Assembly (NCBI GenBank): GCA_963555755.3
Contig: OY820905.2
Coordinates: 352,001-416,000, forward strand
Source: Nitrospirales bacterium
GTDB lineage: Bacteria > Nitrospirota > Nitrospiria > Nitrospirales > UBA8639
Reading direction: 5' to 3'
DNA: 64,000 bases
Positions 1 through 9,676 of this stretch are shown here, in pieces. Below the pieces are notes generated by a model. The model was not told the DNA's origin, ran no database searches, and saw only the letters and a list, made by a program, of their open reading frames with translations. How positions within the stretch are numbered: position 1 is the first letter of the stretch; the number at the start of each line of letters is the position of its first letter. A program made the translations under genes and the position numbers.

Positions 1-204
1 TTGCGAGATGCCGTGTTAAGCGCCGAGGTGCCGACGGTCGAGGTGCATCTCTCGAATATTCATCAACGAGAGGAATTTAGGCAGCACTCTTTTTTAGCTG
101 GGGTGGCGCTTGGGCAGATTAGTGGTTTTGGTCCGACGAGTTATGTGTTAGGAGTGCGCGCTGCACTCGATCATGTCCAATCGAAACAATCAACTTCGAA
201 GTAA
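1..204 (+). CDS. aroQ: Type II 3-dehydroquinate dehydratase, C-terminal part (5' end outside window)
   Basis: [15 protein letters not shown] signature; upstream of efp-accB-accC. Confidence 0.93.
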   Translation: MRDAVLSAEVPTVEVHLSNIHQREEFRQHSFLAGVALGQISGFGPTSYVLGVRAALDHVQSKQSTSK

Positions 205-473
205 TGACTATTTGGCTTTTCTCCCAAGCGAGTGGGTAAATTTTGGCGAGGCATTTCCTGAAAGGCTCGCTGGAGAAGAGGTTGGTGGGGTTTTTGACCG
301 TGGGAAAAGTGACCAGGCGTTCTTGAGGCTTCACGCTGGTCATCCCTCCCCTTCCCCTCCTTTTACAAAGGAGGGGAGTGAAAACCGCCAGAAGTCACCC
401 ACACGATTTGGAGAAGAGCCTACTATTTTTTAGTGGGGTATCTCCTCGTTATGATCGAAAGGGAAAAAGAATC

Positions 474-1034
474 GTGATTTCAACGTCTGATTTTCGGAAT
501 GGGGTCCGGCTGAAGTTATCTGGGGCACCCTTTTCCATTATCGAGTTTCAGCATGTGAAACCAGGAAAAGGAGGCGCTTTTTGCCGCACCCGATTGAAAA
601 ATTTGAAGACCGGCCAAGTCTTGGATCGAACGTTTCGATCCGGCGAAAAAATTGACGAACCCGATCTTGACGAATGCGATATGCAGTTTCTCTATTCGAG
701 TGGTGACTCCTATACGTTTATGGATACGTCAACCTATGAACAGTTTACCTATGAGAAAAGTCAACTTGGAGACCGCACCGATTTGCTCAAGGAAGAAACC
801 ATTGTGCAAATCCTCATATTCGAAGGAACACCCATTTCGGTTGAATTGCCGATTTTCATGGAACTCAAAGTGGTCGAAACCGATCCAGGCATTCGCGGTG
901 ATACGGCCAGTGGTGGCACCAAGCCAGCCGTGGTCGAAACCGGTGCCACGATTAAAGTTCCCCTGTATCTTGAAATCGGCGAGATCATTAAGGTTGATAC
1001 CCGAACGAGAGCATATGTTGAACGAGTGAGGTAG
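474..1034 (+). CDS. efp: Elongation factor P
   Basis: HVKPGKGGAF loop and PGIRGDTASGGTKPA motif; GTG at 474 chosen as start. Confidence 0.97.
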   Translation: MISTSDFRNGVRLKLSGAPFSIIEFQHVKPGKGGAFCRTRLKNLKTGQVLDRTFRSGEKIDEPDLDECDMQFLYSSGDSYTFMDTSTYEQFTYEKSQLGDRTDLLKEETIVQILIFEGTPISVELPIFMELKVVETDPGIRGDTASGGTKPAVVETGATIKVPLYLEIGEIIKVDTRTRAYVERVR

Positions 1035-1081
1035 TCCCACACACGAGTGAAATCACATCAACTGCTCCAAGCTCAGACCTG

Positions 1082-1549
1082 ATGAAAAGTGACCAACGCA
1101 AAGAGATCCAAGAACTCGTTGACATTCTAACCGAGCAAAATCTGACCGAGATTGAAATCGAACGCAAAGATTTGCGTATCCGTATTCGGAAAGATCGTGC
1201 GCCGTTGGTTTCGTCCACCACTCCAGTATCGGCGCCATCGGTTGAACCGATGCCTGCGCCTCCCGTCTCTATTGATTCCCCTGACATTGATAATGGGCGG
1301 CTCCTCACTGTCACGTCCCCAATCGTTGGGACCTTTTACCGTTCGGCATCTTCCGAAACCGACGCCTATGTCGAAGAAAATGATATCGTCAGTAAGGGGC
1401 AGGTCCTCTGTATTGTCGAAGCCATGAAGCTGATGAATGAAATTGAATCCGAAGCCGACGGACGTATTGTCAAAATCCTTGTGGAAAGTAGGTCGCCTGT
1501 TGAATATGGCCAACCCTTGTTTTTGATCGAACCCCATTCTGTTCCATAA
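1082..1549 (+). CDS. accB: Acetyl-CoA carboxylase biotin carboxyl carrier protein
   Basis: EAMKLMNEI biotinylation motif, SPIVGTFY, Pro/Ala-rich linker. Confidence 0.96.
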   Translation: MKSDQRKEIQELVDILTEQNLTEIEIERKDLRIRIRKDRAPLVSSTTPVSAPSVEPMPAPPVSIDSPDIDNGRLLTVTSPIVGTFYRSASSETDAYVEENDIVSKGQVLCIVEAMKLMNEIESEADGRIVKILVESRSPVEYGQPLFLIEPHSVP

Positions 1550-1739
1550 GCCGGTTTTTCATTGATGAACTTTTTTGTAACGGCTCAGGTGGATAGACTG
1601 AAGGCGGAAGGTTTTTAGCTGAAACCGAAAAGCCCTTGAATGGCGTACTCCTAGCGTTACCTGATGAATGATGGTTTTCAGCCTTCAGCCTCAATACCTA
1701 ATCAGTCTCCTCTGATGTCGCCGATGTGTAGGTTTGACC

Positions 1740-3089
1740 GTGATTAAGAAAATTCTCATTGCCAATCGTGGAGAAATAGCTCTGCGCATCATTCGTGCGT
1801 GCCGGGAAATGGACATTAAGTCGGTGGCCATTTATTCGGAAGCAGACATGCGATCGCTTCATGTACGGCATGCGGACGAACAGGTGTGTGTCGGCCCCGC
1901 CGATAGTGCCATGAGTTATCGGAATATTCCCAATGTGTTGAGTGCCGCGGAAATTACCGGGGCGGATGCCATTCATCCAGGCTATGGGTTTCTTTCCGAG
2001 AATGCGCATTTTGCGGAAGTGTGCGAGTCGATTGGCATCACTTTTATTGGACCGACCTCTGAACACATTTCGTTGTTGGGCGATAAAGCCAAAGCCAGAG
2101 AAACCATGATGAAACATGGTATCCCGGTTATGCCGGGAAGTGACGGTGAAGTGCATAATCTTGATGAGGCGCGACGTATTGGCAAAAAAGTCGGCTATCC
2201 TTTGATTGTGAAAGCCTCGGCGGGGGGCGGCGGGCGAGGCATGCGGATCATTTCACGCGAAGAAGATTTGGATAAAGCGATCCTTGCGGCCCAACTCGAA
2301 TCCCGGGTGGTATTTGGTTCGGATGGCGTCTACCTCGAAAAATTTTTTATCGACCCGCGTCATATCGAAATTCAAGTGTTGGCGGATGAACACGGTCACG
2401 TGATTCATTTGGGCGAACGGGAATGTTCCGTACAGCGTCGATACCAAAAGTTAGTTGAAGAGTGCCCATCACCGGCAGTGGATGATTCTCTGCGGCAAGA
2501 AATGGGGAAGATTGCGATCAAGGCCGTCAAATCCGTTCGGTATCGTAATGCTGGAACCGTGGAATTCTTGCTTGACCAGAATCGAAAATTTTTCTTCATG
2601 GAATTTAATACACGCATTCAAGTGGAACATCCGATTACGGAAATGGTCACGGGGATCGATCTGGTCAAGGAACAAATTCGTATCGCAGCCGGGTTGCCCC
2701 TCACGATCCGTCAAAAAGATGTGCACATGACCGGGCATAGTTTCGAGTGCCGGATTAATGCCGAGTGTTCGGATACGTTTACGCCAAGCCCTGGTCCGGT
2801 TCCACGTTTTCACACGCCTGGGGGTCCTGGCATTCGAGTTGATACCGCCATGGAATCCCCTGGGTATGTCGATCCGAGTTATGATTCGATGATTGCCAAA
2901 CTCATTAGTTATGGGCGCGATCGCGAGGAAGCGCTCGCTCGGGCGAAGCGTGGCCTTGATGAGTTCGTGATCGAAGGCGTCAAAACTACCATACCCATTT
3001 TGCGGCTGATTTTGAGTGACCCTGATTTTCAAAAAGGTCGAGTGTCAACGGGGTTTCTAGATCGGTTCATGGCCAGCCGAAGTTTATAA
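1740..3089 (+). CDS. accC: Biotin carboxylase
   Basis: KILIANRGEIA, HPGYGFLSEN, GGGGRGMR, NTRIQVEHP. Confidence 0.97.
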   Translation: MIKKILIANRGEIALRIIRACREMDIKSVAIYSEADMRSLHVRHADEQVCVGPADSAMSYRNIPNVLSAAEITGADAIHPGYGFLSENAHFAEVCESIGITFIGPTSEHISLLGDKAKARETMMKHGIPVMPGSDGEVHNLDEARRIGKKVGYPLIVKASAGGGGRGMRIISREEDLDKAILAAQLESRVVFGSDGVYLEKFFIDPRHIEIQVLADEHGHVIHLGERECSVQRRYQKLVEECPSPAVDDSLRQEMGKIAIKAVKSVRYRNAGTVEFLLDQNRKFFFMEFNTRIQVEHPITEMVTGIDLVKEQIRIAAGLPLTIRQKDVHMTGHSFECRINAECSDTFTPSPGPVPRFHTPGGPGIRVDTAMESPGYVDPSYDSMIAKLISYGRDREEALARAKRGLDEFVIEGVKTTIPILRLILSDPDFQKGRVSTGFLDRFMASRSL

Positions 3090-3106
3090 CACTTCTCTTA
3101 TTTTCC

Positions 3107-3742
3107 GTGGCAACTCCCTTCCTTCATGGTGTGTATCTTCTCTTAGACGAACAGTGGTCTTCACAGGTTTCCCTGGTCGAAATCGTCGAGACTGCCGCAA
3201 AGTGTGGCGTTCGTCTCTTTCAATATCGAAACAAAACGGATTCTATGCTGGACTGTTATCAAAAGGGAATGCCGTTACGACACGCGACGGCGGATGTAGA
3301 TGCCACCTTTATCGTGAATGACCGGTGTGACTTGGCGATAGCCCTTGAGGCGGATGGCGTTCACCTTGGTCAAGATGATCTTCCATTCGATGTCGCGAGG
3401 CAAATTTTGGGAGAGAAGAAAATTATTGGGATCTCAACACACCGGCCTGAAGAAGTCGAAGCCGCGACGAAAGAAGGTGCGGATTACATTGGCTTTGGTC
3501 CCATTTTTTCAACAAGGACAAAGGCGGATCATGCACCGGTTGTCGGGATTACAGGGCTAGGGCAGGTTCGCTCGTTGACCACCCTGCCCATTTTTGCCAT
3601 TGGTGGGATTACATTAGATTCCGTACCGGCCATCCAACAGGCCGGTGGAAATGGTGTGGCGGTGGCTTCGGTCGTGTATCATTCCGTGAATATCGAAGAA
3701 ACCCTTCGTGGATTGGTTAAGTGCTTTCCTCTCAGGTCCTAA
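3107..3742 (+). CDS. thiE: Thiamine-phosphate synthase
   Basis: QYRNK, NDRCD, GVHLGQDD, DYIGFGPIF, AIGGI. Confidence 0.95.
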   Translation: MATPFLHGVYLLLDEQWSSQVSLVEIVETAAKCGVRLFQYRNKTDSMLDCYQKGMPLRHATADVDATFIVNDRCDLAIALEADGVHLGQDDLPFDVARQILGEKKIIGISTHRPEEVEAATKEGADYIGFGPIFSTRTKADHAPVVGITGLGQVRSLTTLPIFAIGGITLDSVPAIQQAGGNGVAVASVVYHSVNIEETLRGLVKCFPLRS

Positions 3743-4487
3743 GTATCGTCATAAGTTGAGTGATGGCCGGATCCTCCGTCAACTGTCTTATTCCTTGTTC
3801 CCAATCAGTCTCTAACAGCGGCTCGAATGGAATCGGTCCAACAACGGGAATACCACTCAATTCACGAATCAATTGACTCGTCGATTCGTATTGAAGCTGT
3901 TCGACTTCGGACCGTAACGCTGACGTTGTCTGATTCAGTACGATGGCCAAGACTTGTATTTTTCGATCACGAAGCGCTTCAAGGGTCAACAATGTGTGAT
4001 TGACCGATCCGAGTGTTGGTCGGCTCACCACGACGCATGGCAGTTCCAAATACACGATTAAATCTCGCACAGTCTGCTGCGCAGTGAGCGGAACCATTAC
4101 TCCTCCTGCACCCTCGACGAGGAGGAGGTCACAATTCCTTGAAAGTTCATGATACAGATTTTTAATGCATTCAAAGTCGATAGGTCGTTGAATCCGCCTG
4201 CTCGCTGCAAGAGGGGCAAGAGGGTCAGGAAATTGATACAGAGTGACCACATCGCATGTTTCATCAGCGGCAAGTAACCTTTGTAGGCGCCAGCCGTCTG
4301 TTTCGGGTTCACGACGTGATGGGCAAATTCCGGTCTCCACGGGTTTCATGACTCCAAGCCGAAGTCCCGTCTTTTTGAGTGCCACACCCAAGGCAGTGGT
4401 CAATACGGTTTTGCCGACGTGGGTATCAGTACCGGTGATGAACATGCCCCTGTTGCGGGCAGGAGTGATCTGAGGCGTTTTACTCAT
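3732..4487 (-). CDS. bioD: Dethiobiotin synthase
   Basis: ITGTDTHVGKT P-loop, KPVETG, VEGAGG, LGSVNHT; ATG at 4487. Confidence 0.95.
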   Translation of the reverse strand: MSKTPQITPARNRGMFITGTDTHVGKTVLTTALGVALKKTGLRLGVMKPVETGICPSRREPETDGWRLQRLLAADETCDVVTLYQFPDPLAPLAASRRIQRPIDFECIKNLYHELSRNCDLLLVEGAGGVMVPLTAQQTVRDLIVYLELPCVVVSRPTLGSVNHTLLTLEALRDRKIQVLAIVLNQTTSALRSEVEQLQYESTSQLIRELSGIPVVGPIPFEPLLETDWEQGIRQLTEDPAITQLMTILRT

Positions 4488-4500
4488 GTTGTGATCGTCT

Positions 4501-5274
4501 TCACCAGATCCGATTGTCGAGATTGAACACTTGTCCGGAAATATCGTTGGCCGTGGCGAGGTGATAAATCTGGTTGGCGGTCTCGTTGAGATTCGGAGTG
4601 CGGCCCAAAATATGATCGTGACAAGACTCAGTGGTTGGGAAGGCTTCGCCTGACAGCGTTGATTGGTGCCAACCGGGAAACACTGCATTCACGCGAATAT
4701 TGGATTCTCCCCATTCTTGAGCCACGGATCGTATCAATCCTAGTACCCCGGCTTTGGTGGCCGCATACGCCGCTTGACCTGTAGTTCCTTGAGCGCTGGC
4801 AAGCGAGCTGACGACCAGAATCGATCCTGACCCTTGGGCTTGTAAAATGGGGCCGACTGCTCGAAGGCAAAAAAACAAGCCAGTCAGATTGGCGTGAATG
4901 AGTTCATCCCATTGTTCGGAGGTCATACGAACTGTCACCGCATTGATTGTTTGACCCACCGCCCAAATTAGGGCATCAAGTCCGCCCCATCGTTCCCTGA
5001 AACGTTCGATACTGTTGGTAACTTGGCGTGGATCTCGGACATCAGCGTGAAAAAGAGAACCGTCTTCTCCTTGTTCCTCAAAGTGCAAGTAGACGTTCCG
5101 AGCCGACTGTTCGTGACGATGGTAGTGTACCCCGACCTTCCAATTGGCCTCAGCAAACCTCAAGCAAATGGCGCGTCCAATGACCCCGGAACCACCCATG
5201 ACCAACACGGTTTTAGGACGAGCATTATGCATAGAAAGGGCCGGAGGCGTTGTATCTTCTGAAGGAATTTTCAT
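4501..5274 (-). CDS. Short-chain dehydrogenase/reductase, FabG-like
   Basis: GGSGVIG Rossmann motif, YAATK catalytic motif, IRVNAVFPG; adjacent to bioD; start uncertain. Confidence 0.85.
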   Translation of the reverse strand: MKIPSEDTTPPALSMHNARPKTVLVMGGSGVIGRAICLRFAEANWKVGVHYHRHEQSARNVYLHFEEQGEDGSLFHADVRDPRQVTNSIERFRERWGGLDALIWAVGQTINAVTVRMTSEQWDELIHANLTGLFFCLRAVGPILQAQGSGSILVVSSLASAQGTTGQAAYAATKAGVLGLIRSVAQEWGESNIRVNAVFPGWHQSTLSGEAFPTTESCHDHILGRTPNLNETANQIYHLATANDISGQVFNLDNRIW

Positions 5275-5511
5275 TGGTTGGCAAGAAAATATTGATTATC
5301 GCGAACAGGCCAAGTGAAGGCAAATTCATCATGATGATCAGTTTCTTGCGGCAGTCAGATCTCTGTGTTAGTGTGATTGGCGGTATTGAAGTAGGAGTTC
5401 CCGCCACACGTCAGATCGACCAATAATTCGATTTCCAAGATGGTTTCCGAATAGACTGAAAAGGGTAACGTTTCACAGTGATATTCTCAATAATGACTGG
5501 GAGCCTGAGTC

Positions 5512-6414
5512 GTGCAACGTAACTCGGGTGTTCTGGAGACGATAGCCCAGATATGTGTTGGAGGGGTATGGCTGGCCGTATTGTTCAGTGTGGGGTTAGC
5601 TTTTGGCCAATCTTTACCAAGGTTCATTCATCAACCGGGGGAGTTTTTTCCTGATCAAGCCGGCAATGAATGGCGCTATCAAGGCCGAATTGTTGAAGGG
5701 GCCGTGAATCAAATCGCCGATAAAACCTTTGTGAATATTTCTACTGTGACCGGGAAGGAAACGATTGATGGCGTCAATGTGACAGTCTTTCATGATTCCA
5801 ATCCTGGGAACCAAGGCTCCACGGATAGTTATTATCTGCGGGATGCGGCAGGCATTCGTTATTATGGATCGAAGCCTGGTACCCGGCTAGAAAAACAATT
5901 GGTGCCGTATCAGATTATCCGATTTCCCTTGGAAATCCCGAGCTCTTTTGAGCAACTGCATCGAACGAATTTAAATCTCGGATTAGACCTTGATCATGAT
6001 GGCCAAGCGGAAAAAGTGGATGTATTTGCGACCGTGACCCTTCATGGCCAGGAAACTATTACTGTCCCTGCTGGGACCTATGAGAATGCCGTCCGGATGG
6101 AATCGAAAATGAAACTCTTGGTGCATTTGTCGGGTGCTGGGACGCAGGTGAAAGGTTTCGATTCTATGACGGTGTGGTTTGTGAAAGATGTCGGGTTGGT
6201 GAAATATTCTGAGCGGCAAATGATTCCCAACCCTCGCACGGGAAAAGATCGATTAATAGAAATAACCGAAGAGTTGCAAGAGGCAACATTGCAGGGTGGC
6301 ACACAACTATTGAGTGGGCGCAAAGCCTCGACGCATAGTGTTCTCACTCGTCACACGTTGGACCATGAATTGTTGCAAGTACCCTTCCCCTCCCGCCTTG
6401 GTGCCCACCCCTGA
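5512..6414 (+). CDS. Exported hypothetical protein (gene X); last 108 bp overlap the putA 3' end on the opposite strand
   Basis: Hydrophobic N-terminus ending AFG; ETITVPAGTY and WFVKDVGLVK motifs of beta-rich exported proteins. Confidence 0.75.
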   Translation: MQRNSGVLETIAQICVGGVWLAVLFSVGLAFGQSLPRFIHQPGEFFPDQAGNEWRYQGRIVEGAVNQIADKTFVNISTVTGKETIDGVNVTVFHDSNPGNQGSTDSYYLRDAAGIRYYGSKPGTRLEKQLVPYQIIRFPLEIPSSFEQLHRTNLNLGLDLDHDGQAEKVDVFATVTLHGQETITVPAGTYENAVRMESKMKLLVHLSGAGTQVKGFDSMTVWFVKDVGLVKYSERQMIPNPRTGKDRLIEITEELQEATLQGGTQLLSGRKASTHSVLTRHTLDHELLQVPFPSRLGAHP

Positions 6415-6496
6415 AAGTCGATGTCCGCCAAAGGGCTGCCGTCCAACTAATGATCCGGTGATGGGGCGGTTGATGTAGAAATTTCCCACATCAAAA
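6277..6496. repeat. Left island direct repeat (geneX/putA 3' overlap), matches 39998-40217
   Basis: Near-identical sequence by eye; minus strand encodes the putA C-terminus GNFYINRPITG...RRGFAPTQ. Confidence 0.9.
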
Positions 6497-6567
6497 TGAC
6501 TGAAGGAAGGCTATAAGAATCCGGATAGATTTCCACCTATGCTCGCGGGAATGCTTGGATAGAATGA

Positions 6568-6894
6568 TTACTCGCCATACATTTCGGTGATAAGCTGTCG
6601 AAGTAATGTGGCATCTTGTGACACTAACTTGTCCAGCTTTTTGATCAACCGACGCTTGGAAATCGTACGGATTTGGTCAACGGCAATCTCTGCAGGTTTC
6701 CCTGCACATTGTATTTGAATTCGACTGCGCCAAGCAGGATGGAGCTTACTTGTGAGCGGACAGACCACAACAGTCTCAAGGGCCTTGTTCATCGCATCAT
6801 CACTCACCAGGACCACGGGACGAGTTTTTCTGATTTCAGAACCAACAGTTGGATCAAGATTGGCTACATACACTTCATATCGTGAAATGGTCAT
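6568..6894 (-). CDS. mazF: MazF/PemK-family toxin
   Basis: LDPTVGSEIRKTRPVVLVS, DQIRTISKRRL. Confidence 0.92.
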   Translation of the reverse strand: MTISRYEVYVANLDPTVGSEIRKTRPVVLVSDDAMNKALETVVVCPLTSKLHPAWRSRIQIQCAGKPAEIAVDQIRTISKRRLIKKLDKLVSQDATLLRQLITEMYGE

Positions 6895-7151
6895 ACATGA
6901 CTATCCAAATCAACATCCAGATCTTGCCAATCAGACCACTCACTGTGTTCTTCATGAGCCATAGCATTGTACGTATCTTCCCAACTAAGCTTCCCGTTGG
7001 GAACCGCATGGATCAAGATACCTTCTTGGACCTCTTGCAGAATCACACGCTCACCAAAACCATATCGTGAAATCATCCCCTTGGGTAACCTGATACCTTG
7101 AGAATTGCCAATTTTTATGAGTTTGGCTTTTTTCAGCATGGTGCTCTCCAT
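6891..7151 (-). CDS. mazE: AbrB/MazE-family antitoxin
   Basis: KIGNSQGIRLPK swapped-hairpin motif; overlaps toxin start. Confidence 0.9.
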   Translation of the reverse strand: MESTMLKKAKLIKIGNSQGIRLPKGMISRYGFGERVILQEVQEGILIHAVPNGKLSWEDTYNAMAHEEHSEWSDWQDLDVDLDSHV

Positions 7152-7269
7152 CTTCCTGAAATCTGATTGCCCTACACTTTATCCCAGACTGCCATTCATC
7201 CCCATTTTCCCAGAATGGAGATTTAGACATGCTTTTCAAATAAAGTATATCCTGTAATTACATAGTGGG

Positions 7270-7520
7270 CAAGCTCCATGTGGGATTCAATGGCGGCGAG
7301 AATGATCAAGGGGTCGCTGTACTCCATACAGGTGGTGATGTCGACCAGCGAATACCCGTTTGAGTAACTTCGCCCAGCTCATACGAAACTGCGTTGAGCC
7401 TGCGAAGGCCTCGCCATCCGCATTGGAGGAGGCCGTGGCCTAGTCAGACTCGCTGGGAACCTTCTGAGACCGTAGCGTAGCGTTAAGCGCCAGCACGCCA
7501 TGGAAGCGAATGAGATTGAA
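7270..7520 (-). pseudogene. IS91/ISCR-family transposase C-terminal relic
   Basis: Minus strand reads NLIRFHGVLA...MSWAKLLKRVF with an internal stop; homologous to 38340-38540; limits approximate. Confidence 0.75.
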
Positions 7521-7793
7521 CGCAGGTGAGAGGTTTCGATTCTATGACGGTGTGGTTTGTGAAAGATGTCGGGTTGGTGAAATATTCTGAGCGGCAAATG
7601 ATTCCTAACCCGCGAACGGGAAAAGATCGATTAATTGAAATAACCGAAGAATTGCAAGAGGCAACATTGCAAGGTGGCACACAACTATTGAGTCGGCGCA
7701 AAGCCTCGACGCATAGTGTTCTCACTCGTCACACGTTGGACCATGAATTGTTGCAAGTACCCTTCCCCTCCCGCCTTGGCGCCCACCCCTGAA
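7521..7793 (+). repeat. Second partial copy of the geneX 3' end/putA 3' end (copy of 6143-6415)
   Basis: ORF 7526-7792 repeats GFDSMTVWFVKD...RLGAHP with a few SNPs. Confidence 0.92.
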
Positions 7794-7829
7794 GACCCCG
7801 TCGAGAGAATGTAGGAATATTTGAACTGA

Positions 7830-8133
7830 CCCCGCTGACGCTGAGGAGCAGTTGCAGCATCAAATGTATTTGGGCTCCGAGGCCTTCATCTGCCAGGCTC
7901 AAAAACGGCCCCGCGCGACCCAGGATCTATCCGAGGTCCCTCGGGTGCATCGACGCTCTCCTCAGAAACCCTTGACGTGGTATGTCCAGACCAGCCGCAA
8001 CTCTTATCGTGGGATAGCCCATGCGTATGCTTCTGGGGGATACACGCTAAAGGAAATTGGTGAGTACTTTGCGGTCCATTACAGTAGGGTCAGTCGAGTG
8101 GCAAAGCGAGTGGAGGGAGAGAAGCTGGCTTGA
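7830..8133 (+). pseudogene. C-terminal HTH part of a REP-associated tyrosine transposase (RAYT-like); catalytic Y1 domain missing
   Basis: QMYLGSEAF...AYASGGYTLKEIGEYFAVHYSRVSR followed by a CAAGACCT(A/G)ACCCC motif. Confidence 0.7.
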
Positions 8134-8155
8134 TGTGGCATTGCAAGACCTAACC

Positions 8156-9624
8156 CAATACTGTTCACTTAGATGAAAATCTGTTATGCTTCGCCTCCAC
8201 ACGTAATCTGGGAGGAGGCAACATGGCAAGAAAGAAAGTCGGCTTGGGGGCGGGGGCTCGATTGGCGGATTATTTGAGCACGGGATTACTGGCTCGTGCC
8301 TTTCCGGTGGCCATCATCAACGAAGAACTTGACGCACATCATTGTAACAGTGAACGTGTCCGCACCTTTCCCGCTTCTGCCGTGGTGTACTACACCATGG
8401 CGTTGAGCTTATACAGCGAGGCCGCGTACGAAGCGGTGTTTGCCGCTGTGGCCCAAGGGCTGGCCTGGCAAGACCAGCAACCTGTGGCTCCCGTGAGCGT
8501 TGTCAAATCCGCCATCAGCAAAGCCCGCTCACGGCTGACGTGGCAGGCGCTGAAAGCCATTGGGCAGCGCTGCTTGCGCCCGTTGGCTCGTCCAGAGCAT
8601 GCCCACGCCTTTTTTGCAGGCTACCGACTCGTCGCGATAGATGGCTCCAACTTTGAGGTCCCGGATGAGGAAGCCACTGTGCAAGCCTTTGGGTACCCAG
8701 GGAGCCGAACCGGGCAGGCCGGCTACCCCCAAGCCCAGTGCGCCATTTTGACGGAATGTGCCAGTCACGCCATTTTGGATGCCGAACTAGGGGCCTATAA
8801 GCAGGCCGAATGGGAGGTGGCCGCGCCCTTGGTGCGTCGCCTCACGCCCGACATGCTCTGCATGGCCGATCGCGGCTTTGTCGGGTACGCCCATTGGCAG
8901 GCCGGCCTTCAGACCGGAGCGCAACTGCTCTGGCGCATGCCGAAGCACTTGCTCCTTCCGGTTGACAAGCTGTTGGACGATGGCTCGTACCTGAGCCGTC
9001 TGTACCCCAGTGAACGCGCCAGAAGAAAGCGAATCGATGGGATCGCCCTCAGGGTGATTGAGTATGTCTTACCGCAGGGGCCCAATAGCGAACCGCTGTA
9101 CCGTCTCGTCACCACGCTGCTGGATGACCAAGGCGCACCCGCCCAGGACCTGGCTCAACTGTATCACGAGCGCTGGGAGGTGGAATTGGTGTTTGATGAG
9201 CTGAAGACGCACCTGGGGCAACGTCGTCGCGTCCTGCGCAGTAAAACGCCAGAGTTGGTGCGTCAAGAGTTCTACGGATGGGTGATGGCCCACTACGCCG
9301 TGCGCTGGTTGATGTATCAAGGGGCCACCCAGGCAGACATCCCGGACCGCACAGTATCTTTTACGGCCACGGTGCAGTTAGTGCGTCGAACCCTGCCCCA
9401 ATCTGGGGCCCTTCCCCCCTGAGCGCCAAAAAACATGGTATCGGCTGCTGTTTGAGGCGACGGCAAAACTGTTGTGTGAATCCAGCCGGGGAAAAATCAA
9501 GCCGAGGATGGTGAAACGCCGAAACTCTCCATACGCACCGTACAAACGCCCGAGACCGCCCGTTGCGCAAATGGACTGGACACCATCCATCAAACCACCG
9601 AAGATATCTAAGTGAACAGTATTG
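8156..9624 (+). mobile_element. IS4-family insertion sequence, copy 1 (1469 bp)
   Basis: TIR CAATACTGTTCACTTAGAT at both ends; 10 bp TSD AGACCTAACC (8146-8155, 9625-9634). Confidence 0.93.
8223..9422 (+). CDS. IS4-family DDE transposase
   Basis: AIDGS, ADRGF, YHERWEVELVFDELK (YREK motif). Confidence 0.93.
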   Translation: MARKKVGLGAGARLADYLSTGLLARAFPVAIINEELDAHHCNSERVRTFPASAVVYYTMALSLYSEAAYEAVFAAVAQGLAWQDQQPVAPVSVVKSAISKARSRLTWQALKAIGQRCLRPLARPEHAHAFFAGYRLVAIDGSNFEVPDEEATVQAFGYPGSRTGQAGYPQAQCAILTECASHAILDAELGAYKQAEWEVAAPLVRRLTPDMLCMADRGFVGYAHWQAGLQTGAQLLWRMPKHLLLPVDKLLDDGSYLSRLYPSERARRKRIDGIALRVIEYVLPQGPNSEPLYRLVTTLLDDQGAPAQDLAQLYHERWEVELVFDELKTHLGQRRRVLRSKTPELVRQEFYGWVMAHYAVRWLMYQGATQADIPDRTVSFTATVQLVRRTLPQSGALPP

Positions 9625-9676
9625 AGACCTAACCCCAAACCTGACCCCCAACCATGTGGCATTGCAAGACCTGACC